A stretch of 26,457 bases of DNA, from NCBI GenBank assembly GCA_963816395.1, contig CAWFKQ010000011.1, positions 1 through 26,457 of the forward strand, given 5' to 3'. Below the pieces are notes generated by a model, which had not been told where the DNA came from, searched no databases, and was given only the letters and a program-made list of their open reading frames with translations. The DNA is from an uncultured delta proteobacterium (GTDB lineage Bacteria; Desulfobacterota; Desulfuromonadia; Desulfuromonadales; JACZKF01). The position numbers were made by a program, and so were the translations under genes. Of the stretch, positions 19,119-26,457 are shown piece after piece. The stretch's first letter is position 1. Each line of letters starts with the position of its first letter.

Positions 19119-20432
19119 ATGCAATCCGCCGCTCAGTCCCTGGGTCGTTCGGGGGACGTTCTGTTTCTCATGCTCGGCGCGGTCATGGTATTCGCCATGC
19201 ACGCCGGCTTCGCCTTCCTGGAGGTTGGCAGCGTCCGCCGGAAAAGCCAGATCAACGCCTTTGCCAAGATCCTCACCGACTGGTCGGTGTCCACCGTCGT
19301 CTATTTCCTCGTCGGTTTTCCCCTCGCCTACGGCATCAATTTTATGCACCCAGCGGGCGAACTCCTGGGCAACAGCAACGGGTTCGAGCTGGTACGCTTC
19401 TTTTTCCTGCTCTGTTTCGCCGCCTGCATCCCCGCCATCATCTCCGGCGGCATCGCCGAGCGCGCCCGTTTCTGGCCGCAGGTCATCGCCGGGGCGATCT
19501 TCGTCGGCCTGATTTATCCCTTTTTCGAATCGCTCATCTGGGGGCAGCACAGCGGCGGTCTGCAGGGCTTTTTTCAGAGCACCTTCGGTGCCCCCTTCCA
19601 CGACTTCGCCGGCAGTGTGGTGGTGCATTCCATGGGCGGTTGGCTGGCGCTGCCGGCGGTGCTCATTCTCGGTCCCCGACTGGGCCGTTTTAGCAGGCGC
19701 AGGAGCCACCCGATCCCGATCAGCAGCATCCCCTTTCTTGCTCTGGGGAGCTGGATCCTGGCGGTCGGCTGGTTCGGCTTCAATGTGATGAGCGCCCAGA
19801 GCCTGGGCGGCATTTCCGGCCTGGTGGCGGTCAACTCGCTGATGGCCATGGTCGGCGGGGTTCTCTTTGCGCTGGTTGCCGGCCGCAATGACCCCGGCTT
19901 CCTGCACAACGGGGCACTGGCCGGACTGATCGCCATCTGCGCCGGCTCCGACCTGGTGCATCCGATCGGCGCCTTCTTCATCGGCGGCCTGGGCGCCCTG
20001 ATCTTCGTCTTCGGCTTTCAGCTCGAGCAGGAGAAGCTGCGCATCGACGACGTCCTCGGCGTCTGGCCGCTGCACGGTATGGTCGGAACCTGGGGCGGCA
20101 TCGCCGCCGGCATCTTCGGCAGCCCGCTGCTCGGCGGCATGGGCGGAGTCTCGTTCCTCTCCCAGCTGGCCGGCAGTTTCCTGGCGGTCGGCTACGCCCT
20201 GGGGGTCGGCTTCGCGGTCTATTTCCTGGTCAACCGCACCTTCGGCTACCGGCTGAGTGGTGAGGAAGAGTTTGCCGGAGCGGATCTGGCGATCCACCAC
20301 ATCACCGCTTACCCGGAAGAGCATCTTTCCTGGAATCCCGCCCCGACCGGCTATCCAGGCTCAGCGCCGCAGCCGGCCGGCATCCCGTCCAGTGCCTACG
20401 CGGTACGCCCGCAGGCGGAGCCTGGAAAATAA
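19119..20432 (+). CDS. amt: Ammonium transporter (Amt family)
   Basis: MHAGFAFLEVG, IISGGIAER, DFAGSVVVH, GWFGFN, NGALAGLIAI, IDDVLGVWPLHG (twin His present). Confidence 0.95.
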   Translation: MQSAAQSLGRSGDVLFLMLGAVMVFAMHAGFAFLEVGSVRRKSQINAFAKILTDWSVSTVVYFLVGFPLAYGINFMHPAGELLGNSNGFELVRFFFLLCFAACIPAIISGGIAERARFWPQVIAGAIFVGLIYPFFESLIWGQHSGGLQGFFQSTFGAPFHDFAGSVVVHSMGGWLALPAVLILGPRLGRFSRRRSHPIPISSIPFLALGSWILAVGWFGFNVMSAQSLGGISGLVAVNSLMAMVGGVLFALVAGRNDPGFLHNGALAGLIAICAGSDLVHPIGAFFIGGLGALIFVFGFQLEQEKLRIDDVLGVWPLHGMVGTWGGIAAGIFGSPLLGGMGGVSFLSQLAGSFLAVGYALGVGFAVYFLVNRTFGYRLSGEEEFAGADLAIHHITAYPEEHLSWNPAPTGYPGSAPQPAGIPSSAYAVRPQAEPGK

Positions 20433-20468
20433 GGGTAGGGAGGTAGGGAGGTAGAAAAAACCTAAACC

Positions 20469-20503
20469 AAGGGGGATCGGCAGCTTGCCGGTCCCCCTTT
20501 TTT
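20469..20503 (+). terminator. Rho-independent terminator after amt (possibly bidirectional)
   Basis: AAGGGGGATCGGCA-GCT-TGCCGGTCCCCCTTTTTT. Confidence 0.85.
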
Positions 20504-20512
20504 CATTCTCGT

Positions 20513-20818
20513 TTACCAGCGTTCGCCGTATTCCCGACGGACGATCACCACCCTCTCATCATCACACCGGTGCCGGCGATGGTCGCGGTCGATGACGATC
20601 ACCCGCGGCCGCCGTCCGCGATCCCAATGATCTCTTTCCCGATACCGACGCTCCGGGACCTCCCTGACGACATATCCCTCCCGATGCCGGGGCGATCTGT
20701 CGAGGCGCGAGCCAAAGGTGATCTGAATGCCGGTCAGGCCGAAATCGGCGGCGCCGGCGGCGAAGGGGAAGGCGCCGAGCAGAAAGACGATCAGCAGGGG
20801 GACAACGGTTTTTTTCAT
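20513..20818 (-). CDS. Small secreted Arg/His/Asp-rich protein (101 aa)
   Basis: Strong RBS AAAGGAGG; MKK-hydrophobic-AGA signal peptide; low-complexity charged mature part. Confidence 0.75.
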   Translation of the reverse strand: MKKTVVPLLIVFLLGAFPFAAGAADFGLTGIQITFGSRLDRSPRHREGYVVREVPERRYRERDHWDRGRRPRVIVIDRDHRRHRCDDERVVIVRREYGERW

Positions 20819-21018
20819 TTGGGCCTCCTTTGACAGAAGTGAATGCAACTTGTCGTCAGAGTAATCCGCTCTCCCGCCGAAAACATCAGACATCTGCCGG
20901 AATTTCGCCTGATGTCGGGTATATTTTCTGAAATTTCAATGAGTTGTTCGACACGATGTCGAGTCGCGGGGGCGTAAAACGCCTCAGAGGCCTCTGGCAA
21001 TAGTCATTGCCGACTGGT

Positions 21019-21126
21019 GCTGCGCCCCGCACCCCCTTTTAGACCGCGGGCGCTGCGCCCCGCACCCCGCGTTACTTTCTTTTAAAATCCGCCTAAAAGA
21101 AAGTAACCAAAGAAAACGGCGGCCCC
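21019..21126. repeat. Tandem 17-mer plus perfect 14-bp hairpin, REP/MITE-like
   Basis: GCTGCGCCCCGCACCCC at 21019-21035 and 21052-21068; GTTACTTTCTTTTA 21071-21084 pairs with TAAAAGAAAGTAAC 21094-21107. Confidence 0.7.
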
Positions 21127-21338
21127 TGCCGGGGAGGACTCCTTTCGCAAGGATTTACGCCGCTGGCTCCCGACCGATGCTCGTGACAGCTGCAGTGCCG
21201 CGTGGCAAGGAAACTTTTTGACCGCTGACGCGGTTCTCTTCCGCCAATGGAAGAGGCTTTTACCAACGTCTATCCTGGCCGTCCCGTGGAAAGCCAAAAT
21301 CAGAGGTCGCGGGAACTAGTCCGGATGGGCGATGGCGT

Positions 21339-21485
21339 GTTTCTGATTCGTAAACGAGCAATATTTTTGCAAGGGGTCAAGGAAATCAAGGCTTTGCGCG
21401 GAGGCGTACATCCGTACGCCGCACAAGCAAGGCCGAAGATTGACGCAGAGATTGCGGAAAAGGGCCGTTTCCGGACAGAAACTAG
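21339..21485. mobile_element. ~145-bp MITE/REP-like element ending in the CTAG that holds the permease stop codon
   Basis: Imperfect TIRs GTTTCTGATTCGTAAACG / CGTTTCCGGACAGAAAC; central hairpin GGCGTAC-ATCC-GTACGCC 21403-21420. Confidence 0.6.
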
Positions 21486-22621
21486 TCGAGGGTCTGCCGG
21501 TAGCGTTTGAGGCCGACGCTCAGCACCACTGCCAGAAAGAGGGCCATCGGCCATAGATGGGGGAGGATTTCCGCGAGGCCGTTCCCCTTGAGGAGGATGC
21601 CGCGCACCAGGCGCAGGTAATGGGTCAGGGGAAGAACCGAGCCGAGGTACTGCGCCCAGACCGGCATGCCGCGGAAGGGGAACATGAAGCCGGAGAGGAG
21701 AATGGAGGGGAGAAAGAAGAAAAAGGACATCTGCATCGCCTGCAGCTGGTTGCGCGCCAGAGTGGAGAAGGTCAGGCCGACGCCGAGATTGGCGGCGATG
21801 AACAGCAGGGAGACGGCGAACAGCAGCAGGATGCTGCCGCTCAGCGGCACCTGGAAGAGGAAGCGGGCGGCGGCCAGGATGAAGGCCATCTGCAGGTAGC
21901 CGACGACAATATAGGGGACGATCTTGCCGAGCATCACCTCCAGCGGCCGCACCGGGGTGGAGAGCAGGTTTTCCATGGTGCCGCGCTCGCGCTCGCGGGT
22001 GATCGCCAGGGCGGTGATGATAACCAGGGTCATGGTCAGCACTACCCCCATCAGGCCGGGGACAATGTTGTAGCGGGTGATCCCCTCGGGGTTGAAGCGG
22101 GGGTGGACGATGGTTTCCAGGGGGCTTTCACCCCGCCTCAGGTAGGCCAGCGGCCCGTCCAGGTCGCGCGCCAGGGCCGCCTCCGCCAGGGTGCGGAAGG
22201 CGGCGACGGCATTGCTGGTGGCGGCCGGATCGGTGGCGTCGGCGGTGAGCAGAATCGCCGGGCGCTCGCCGCGCACCAGCCGGCGGCCGAACTGCTCGGG
22301 GATGTTGATCAGGAACTGCACCGCGCCGGTGTCGATCAGCTCCTTCCCCTCGGCCTCGCTCCCCACCAGCCGCACCACGCGAAAATAGGCGCTGTTCTGC
22401 AGGGCGGCGACCAGGGTGCGGGAGAAAACGGTGTGATCCGCGGACAGCACCGCGGTGGGCAAGCGCTTCGGATCGGAATTGATGGCGTAGCCGAACAGGA
22501 CCATCTGCAGAATGGGGATGCCGAGCATCATGGCGAAGGTGAGCCGGTCGCGGCGCATCTGCACGAATTCCTTGCGGACCATGGCGGCAAAGCGGGTGAA
22601 GGAAAAGAGCCGGCGCGCCAT
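21482..22621 (-). CDS. ABC-2 permease (YbhR/YbhS-like)
   Basis: KEFVQMRRDR, LFGYAINSD, AITRERERGTMENLLSTP, GKIVPY, LLSGFMFPFRGMP. Confidence 0.92.
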   Translation of the reverse strand: MARRLFSFTRFAAMVRKEFVQMRRDRLTFAMMLGIPILQMVLFGYAINSDPKRLPTAVLSADHTVFSRTLVAALQNSAYFRVVRLVGSEAEGKELIDTGAVQFLINIPEQFGRRLVRGERPAILLTADATDPAATSNAVAAFRTLAEAALARDLDGPLAYLRRGESPLETIVHPRFNPEGITRYNIVPGLMGVVLTMTLVIITALAITRERERGTMENLLSTPVRPLEVMLGKIVPYIVVGYLQMAFILAAARFLFQVPLSGSILLLFAVSLLFIAANLGVGLTFSTLARNQLQAMQMSFFFFLPSILLSGFMFPFRGMPVWAQYLGSVLPLTHYLRLVRGILLKGNGLAEILPHLWPMALFLAVVLSVGLKRYRQTLD

Positions 22622-22624
22622 GCC

Positions 22625-23545
22625 TCACTCCACCTTCGCCCGCTGCATCAGGCTGATGAAAACCTCCTCCAGGTTGGTTGCGCTCTTCTCCCAGCGATAA
22701 TCGCCGGTCATGAAGGGGCGCAGGCTCTCTTCCAGGCGGGCCGCGTCATGGCCGCTCACGTGCAGGGTGTTGCCGAAGGGCACCACCTGCTCGACGCCCG
22801 GCAGCGGCTTGAGCTGCGCGCTGAGTTCGTGCATCCGGCGGCCGGAGACCGACCAGGTGACCAGCCCGGAGGCGGCGATGACCTCCTCGGCCGTCCCCGT
22901 CGCCAGCAGGTCGCCGTAGGCCAGGTAGGCCAGGCGGTGGCAGCGCTCGGCCTCGTCCATGTAGTGGGTGCTGATCAGGGCGGTGATCCCCTGGGCGGCA
23001 AGGGCGTAGACGTCGTCCCAGAAATCGCGCCGGGCCTTCGGGTCGACGCCGGCCGTCGGCTCGTCCAGGAGCAGCAGCCGCGGCGCGTGCAGCAGACAGG
23101 AAGCCAGGGCCAGGCGCTGCTTCCAGCCGCCGGAAAGGGTGCCGGCGAGCTGATCGGCGAAGCGTCCCAGCCCCATGCGCGCCATCGTCTCCGCCACCGC
23201 CCGCCGGCGGTCCTTCACTCCGTAGACGCTGGCCATGAAGTCGAGGTTCTCGCGGACGCTGAGGTCCTCGTACAGGCTGAAATGCTGGGCCATGTAGCCG
23301 ATATGCGGCTTGATCTCTTCGGCCTCGCTGAGGATGTCGTAGCCGAGGCAGGTGCCGCGGCCAGCGTCGGGTCGCAGCAGGCCGCAGAGCATGCGGATGA
23401 AGGTGGTCTTGCCGCTGCCGTTGGGGCCGAGAAAACCGTAGATCTCTCCCGCCATCACCTGCAGGGAGAGCCCCTTCACCACCATCTTGCCGCCGAAGGA
23501 CTTGCTCAGCCCCTCGACGGCAATGACCGGCGCCGCCCCGCTCAC
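22625..23545 (-). CDS. ABC ATP-binding protein (YbhF-like, single domain)
   Basis: GPNGSGKT, LSGGWKQR, LLDEPTAGVDP, STHYMDEAERC; GTGA overlap with upstream gene. Confidence 0.93.
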   Translation of the reverse strand: MSGAAPVIAVEGLSKSFGGKMVVKGLSLQVMAGEIYGFLGPNGSGKTTFIRMLCGLLRPDAGRGTCLGYDILSEAEEIKPHIGYMAQHFSLYEDLSVRENLDFMASVYGVKDRRRAVAETMARMGLGRFADQLAGTLSGGWKQRLALASCLLHAPRLLLLDEPTAGVDPKARRDFWDDVYALAAQGITALISTHYMDEAERCHRLAYLAYGDLLATGTAEEVIAASGLVTWSVSGRRMHELSAQLKPLPGVEQVVPFGNTLHVSGHDAARLEESLRPFMTGDYRWEKSATNLEEVFISLMQRAKVE

Positions 23546-24507
23546 GGCCCCTCCTCCGGCCGCACGGTGACCGGCTGCCCGGGGTGCAGCAGGGTCGCCG
23601 CCTCGGGCCGCGGGCGGGCCTCGATGAGGTAGACCAGCTTGCCGCGCGTCTCGCGGCTGTAGATGACGGGCGGGGTGTATTCGGCCTGGGGGGAGATGAA
23701 GTCGATGGCGGCGGGCACCGGCTCAGCGCGGCCGTCGAGAAAGACGCGCACCGGCTGGCCGACCTTGAGGGTGCCGACCACCGGCTCGGAGACGAAAAAG
23801 CGCACCAGGCGGTTCGCCGGCGGCAGCAGGGAGACCACCGGCTGGCCGGCGGGAACGAATTCTCCCGGCTCGAAAAAGGTGTCGAAGACCAGCCCGGCGG
23901 CGGGCGCCGTCCGGCTCTTCTGCTCCAGCGCCCACTCGGCCTGGGCCAGCCGGGCCGCCGCCGCCCCGACCGCCGCCCGCGCCGCCTCCACCACGTCCTG
24001 CCGCGCTCCCAGGCGGGCGGTCTGCAGCTGCGCCTGCAGGTCATGGACGGCCGCCTCGTTGCGCTGCACAGCGGTGCGCGCCTGGTCCAGCTCCTCGGCG
24101 GAGATCATCTGCCGCCCGTACAGGTCACGGCGCCGCTTCAACTCCTGCTGGGATAAATTCAAGGCCGCCTGCGCCTGGCGCAGTCGCGCCTCCAGGGCCG
24201 CCAGCTCGCTCGGCCGCTCCCCTTTGCGCAGGTCGGCCAGGTTATCCTGCGCCTGCTTCAGCTCCTGCCGGGCCGCGGCCGCGGCGGCGGCTTCCTCCTG
24301 CCGCTCCAGGGTGAACAGCTCCTCCCCGGCCGCCACCTGGTCGCCGCGCGCCACCGTTCGGGTCTCCAGGCGGCCAGCCAGTGGCGAGGCGACCCGAACG
24401 AACTCCCCCTCCACGTACCCCTGCCAAGTCGTCTCCGGCGCCTGTTGGCAGCCGGCGAGAGACAAGAGGAGTAAGAGTAGTCCTACTCTCGCATTTCCGC
24501 GCTTCAT
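23542..24507 (-). CDS. HlyD/YbhG-like membrane fusion lipoprotein
   Basis: Lipobox LAGC, GYVEGE, long coiled coil, ISPQAEYTPPVIYSRE, LHPGQPV. Confidence 0.9.
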   Translation of the reverse strand: MKRGNARVGLLLLLLSLAGCQQAPETTWQGYVEGEFVRVASPLAGRLETRTVARGDQVAAGEELFTLERQEEAAAAAAARQELKQAQDNLADLRKGERPSELAALEARLRQAQAALNLSQQELKRRRDLYGRQMISAEELDQARTAVQRNEAAVHDLQAQLQTARLGARQDVVEAARAAVGAAAARLAQAEWALEQKSRTAPAAGLVFDTFFEPGEFVPAGQPVVSLLPPANRLVRFFVSEPVVGTLKVGQPVRVFLDGRAEPVPAAIDFISPQAEYTPPVIYSRETRGKLVYLIEARPRPEAATLLHPGQPVTVRPEEGP

Positions 24508-24785
24508 GGCGCCTCTTCCCGGGTCAATTCCATACGCGTTCTCTTCCACAGGCCATATATGTTTAATGAATTACAGAAAGTATAGCAGAGGCGGGGAGAG
24601 AGTTGCCATGGGAAGGATGGGGATTCGTGCTTACGGAGAAGCGGCGGCTCCTCCTGAACCTGCAAGGGGTGGGTGAACTCTTGCATCTGTGCCAGGGCTA
24701 GGAGGATTTCGGCAAAGAGCAGATCAAGACTTACGCTTGCCGCAATCCTGAAATCCCGCCTTCCCCGCCTCGCCCGTACCGCCTC

Positions 24786-24813
24786 TTGCCCCGCTGGGAA
24801 CAGGCACTATAAT
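24786..24813 (+). promoter_or_regulatory. Sigma70-type promoter
   Basis: TTGCCC-16 nt-TATAAT about 100 nt upstream of the AhpD-like start. Confidence 0.6.
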
Positions 24814-24819
24814 TAAGAC

Positions 24820-24898
24820 CACTGAGCAGCCGAACCCGACCTGGGCACCTTGCTCATTCGCGTTCGGCTTTTTTGCGGCGAGCGATAACACCGCAAGG
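24820..24898 (+). ncRNA. Candidate cis-regulatory leader (riboswitch/attenuator-like)
   Basis: Competing helices TGAGCAG/TTGCTCA and AGCCGAAC/GTTCGGCT plus T-tract; third helix TTGCGG/CCGCAA next to RBS. Confidence 0.5.
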
Positions 24899-24914
24899 AA
24901 AGGAGACGCAGACG

Positions 24915-25382
24915 ATGGCAGCGAGAATCGATGCCCTCAAAGTCGCCCCGGGCGCCTATCGAGCGATGTTGGGCCTGGAAAAATACCTTCACGATTGCGG
25001 TCTGGAGACTCAGTTGCTGGGCCTGGTCAAGATGCGCGCTTCACAAATCAATGGCTGTGCATTTTGTCTCGATATGCATTCGAAGGATGCTCGCGCGGCC
25101 GGCGAAACGGAACAGCGGCTCTATCTGCTCAACGCCTGGCGCGAGGCGCCCTTCTACAGCGATCGGGAACGCGCGGCGCTGGCCTGGACCGAGGCGTTGA
25201 CGCTGATAGCCGACAATCAGGTCCCGGACGCTGTTTTTCACGCAGCGCGGGAACATTTCAGCGAGGAGGAACTGGTTAATTTGAGTCTGGCAATTGTCGC
25301 CATCAACGGCTGGAACCGCTTGGCCATCAGCTTCCGTTCGGAGGTCGGCTGGTACCGGCCCGGCGCGCTCGGGCACCGATAA
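24915..25382 (+). CDS. AhpD/carboxymuconolactone decarboxylase family protein (YdfG-like)
   Basis: RBS AAAGGAG; LVKMRASQINGCAFCLDMH (CxxC), WREAPFYSDRERAALAWTE, INGWNR. Confidence 0.93.
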   Translation: MAARIDALKVAPGAYRAMLGLEKYLHDCGLETQLLGLVKMRASQINGCAFCLDMHSKDARAAGETEQRLYLLNAWREAPFYSDRERAALAWTEALTLIADNQVPDAVFHAAREHFSEEELVNLSLAIVAINGWNRLAISFRSEVGWYRPGALGHR

Positions 25383-25417
25383 CGGCGGGGAGGACGTGCT
25401 CGGCAGGGGAAGTGACA

Positions 25418-25476
25418 GGGGCCAACTCTCCATTCTTCACGGTCCATGAACAATGGAGAGTCGACCCTCTTTTTTT
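25418..25476 (+). terminator. Long-stem terminator-like hairpin after the AhpD-like gene
   Basis: ACTCTCCATT-C-TTCA / TGAA-C-AATGGAGAGT followed by CTTTTTTT. Confidence 0.65.
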
Positions 25477-25661
25477 ACTCTTTTTCTCACTCGAGCAGCA
25501 GCAACGCCCGACGGCCGCCCGGAAGAACTTCCTTTTCACCTGCCCCCTCCCCTGTTATACTCCGCCATATTAATACCCTGTAAATTGGCTGCCTTGGCCC
25601 AGCAAATTATTGAGTACAATCAGTCACTTGAAATTACTCGCCCCAAATAAAAGGGTTCCCT

Positions 25662-26457
25662 ATGCGTGATGCCCCCCTCAGTCATTCCTCCCGGGATATT
25701 CCGTCCGCGGTGCTCCAGCGGTTGCATAATGTGTGCGGTTTCGTGTTCGATATGGACGGAACCCTGATTCTGGGAGACCGGCGCAATCACGCCCTCAGCC
25801 CCCTTCCAGGAGCGGTCGAATTTACGCGTTTCCTCACCGGGCGCGGTATTCCCGCCGTCTTATTCACCAACGGAACTGCACGCACGCCGCAGCAATATGC
25901 CGAGGCGCTGCGCAAGATCGGTTTCGACTTTCCTGACGAGCGGGTGATGACTCCGGTCACCAGCGCCGTCGATCTCTTCCTGCGCCGCGGCTACCGGCGG
26001 GTCATGGCGCTTGGTGGCGAGGGGGTGCAACGCCCACTGCTCGAGGCGGGCATCGAGCTCGTGCCGCCCAAGGGCAAACCGCAGGCCGATGCGGTGCTGG
26101 CGGGATGGTATCCGGAAGTCACCCTGGATGAACTGGAAGCGGCCTGCCATGCGATATGGGGCGGCGCCGGGTTGTACAGCGCCTCGCAGACCAGATTTTT
26201 TGCAACGGCTGAAGGAAAGAGCCTGGCACCCTCTCGCATCATGTCCGCTGTGATCAAGGATATGACCGGCTGCCGGGTGATCACTATCGGCAAACCCTCC
26301 CTGGAGGCCCTGCGCTGTGCCGGCCGTCGTCTGGGCTTACGGCTGAAGGATCTGGCGGTGGTCGGAGACGACCCGCTGTTGGAGGTTCCCATGGCGCATC
26401 GCGGCGGCTGCCTGGCGATTGCGGTTCATTCCGGCGTCGGCAATATCGACGCATTTG
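25662..26457 (+). CDS. HAD-IIA (NagD-like) phosphatase, 3' end outside window
   Basis: Read directly (absent from ORF track, no stop): GFVFDMDGTL, FTNG, IGKPS, VVGDD motifs. Confidence 0.88.
   Translation, partial: MRDAPLSHSSRDIPSAVLQRLHNVCGFVFDMDGTLILGDRRNHALSPLPGAVEFTRFLTGRGIPAVLFTNGTARTPQQYAEALRKIGFDFPDERVMTPVTSAVDLFLRRGYRRVMALGGEGVQRPLLEAGIELVPPKGKPQADAVLAGWYPEVTLDELEAACHAIWGGAGLYSASQTRFFATAEGKSLAPSRIMSAVIKDMTGCRVITIGKPSLEALRCAGRRLGLRLKDLAVVGDDPLLEVPMAHRGGCLAIAVHSGVGNIDAF

Noticed and set aside
17505..20324. Long ORFs 17505-18779 (+) and 19095-20324 (-)
   Set aside because: Shadows of the barrel and amt genes
20433..20454. G-quadruplex
   Set aside because: Only three GGG runs; weak
21019..21068. 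CRISPR mini-array
   Set aside because: Two 17-nt repeats with a 16-nt gap, too short, no cas genes
21557..24676. Long ORFs 21557-23632, 22746-24044, 23663-24676
   Set aside because: Antisense or off-frame overlaps of the efflux operon
24835..24848. ZTP (pfl) riboswitch because of CCGACCTGGGCA
   Set aside because: Resembles only the 3' hairpin; the upstream GACUGGCG-type P1 region is missing and the downstream gene is not purine/folate related

Overview
GC-rich bacterial DNA; gene content and repeat types suggest a deltaproteobacterium of the Desulfuromonas/Geobacter type (inference). Left to right: a small ORF resembling a decayed IS110 N-terminal domain; a GldA/F/G-like ABC operon whose ATPase carries two frameshifts; a SAM methyltransferase plus radical-SAM pair; uup; a compositionally distinct catabolic-looking block (4Fe-4S protein, Cys/His-motif partner, tctCBA, CitB/DcuR-type regulator and CitA/DcuS-type kinase, with a divergent Zn-dehydrogenase across a very AT-rich promoter region); an outer-membrane beta-barrel gene; an ammonium transporter with a sigma54-like promoter and ANTAR-like dual-hairpin leader; a small secreted protein; a cluster of MITE/REP-like repeats; a HlyD/ABC efflux operon; an AhpD/CMD gene behind a riboswitch-like terminator/antiterminator leader; and a HAD-IIA hydrolase cut by the window end. 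No rRNA, tRNA, CRISPR array or intact transposase seen. Best candidates for undescribed biology: the TTT/Fe-S/dehydrogenase block and the structured RNA leaders of the ahpD-like and amt genes. All family assignments come from motif recognition by eye, not database searches.
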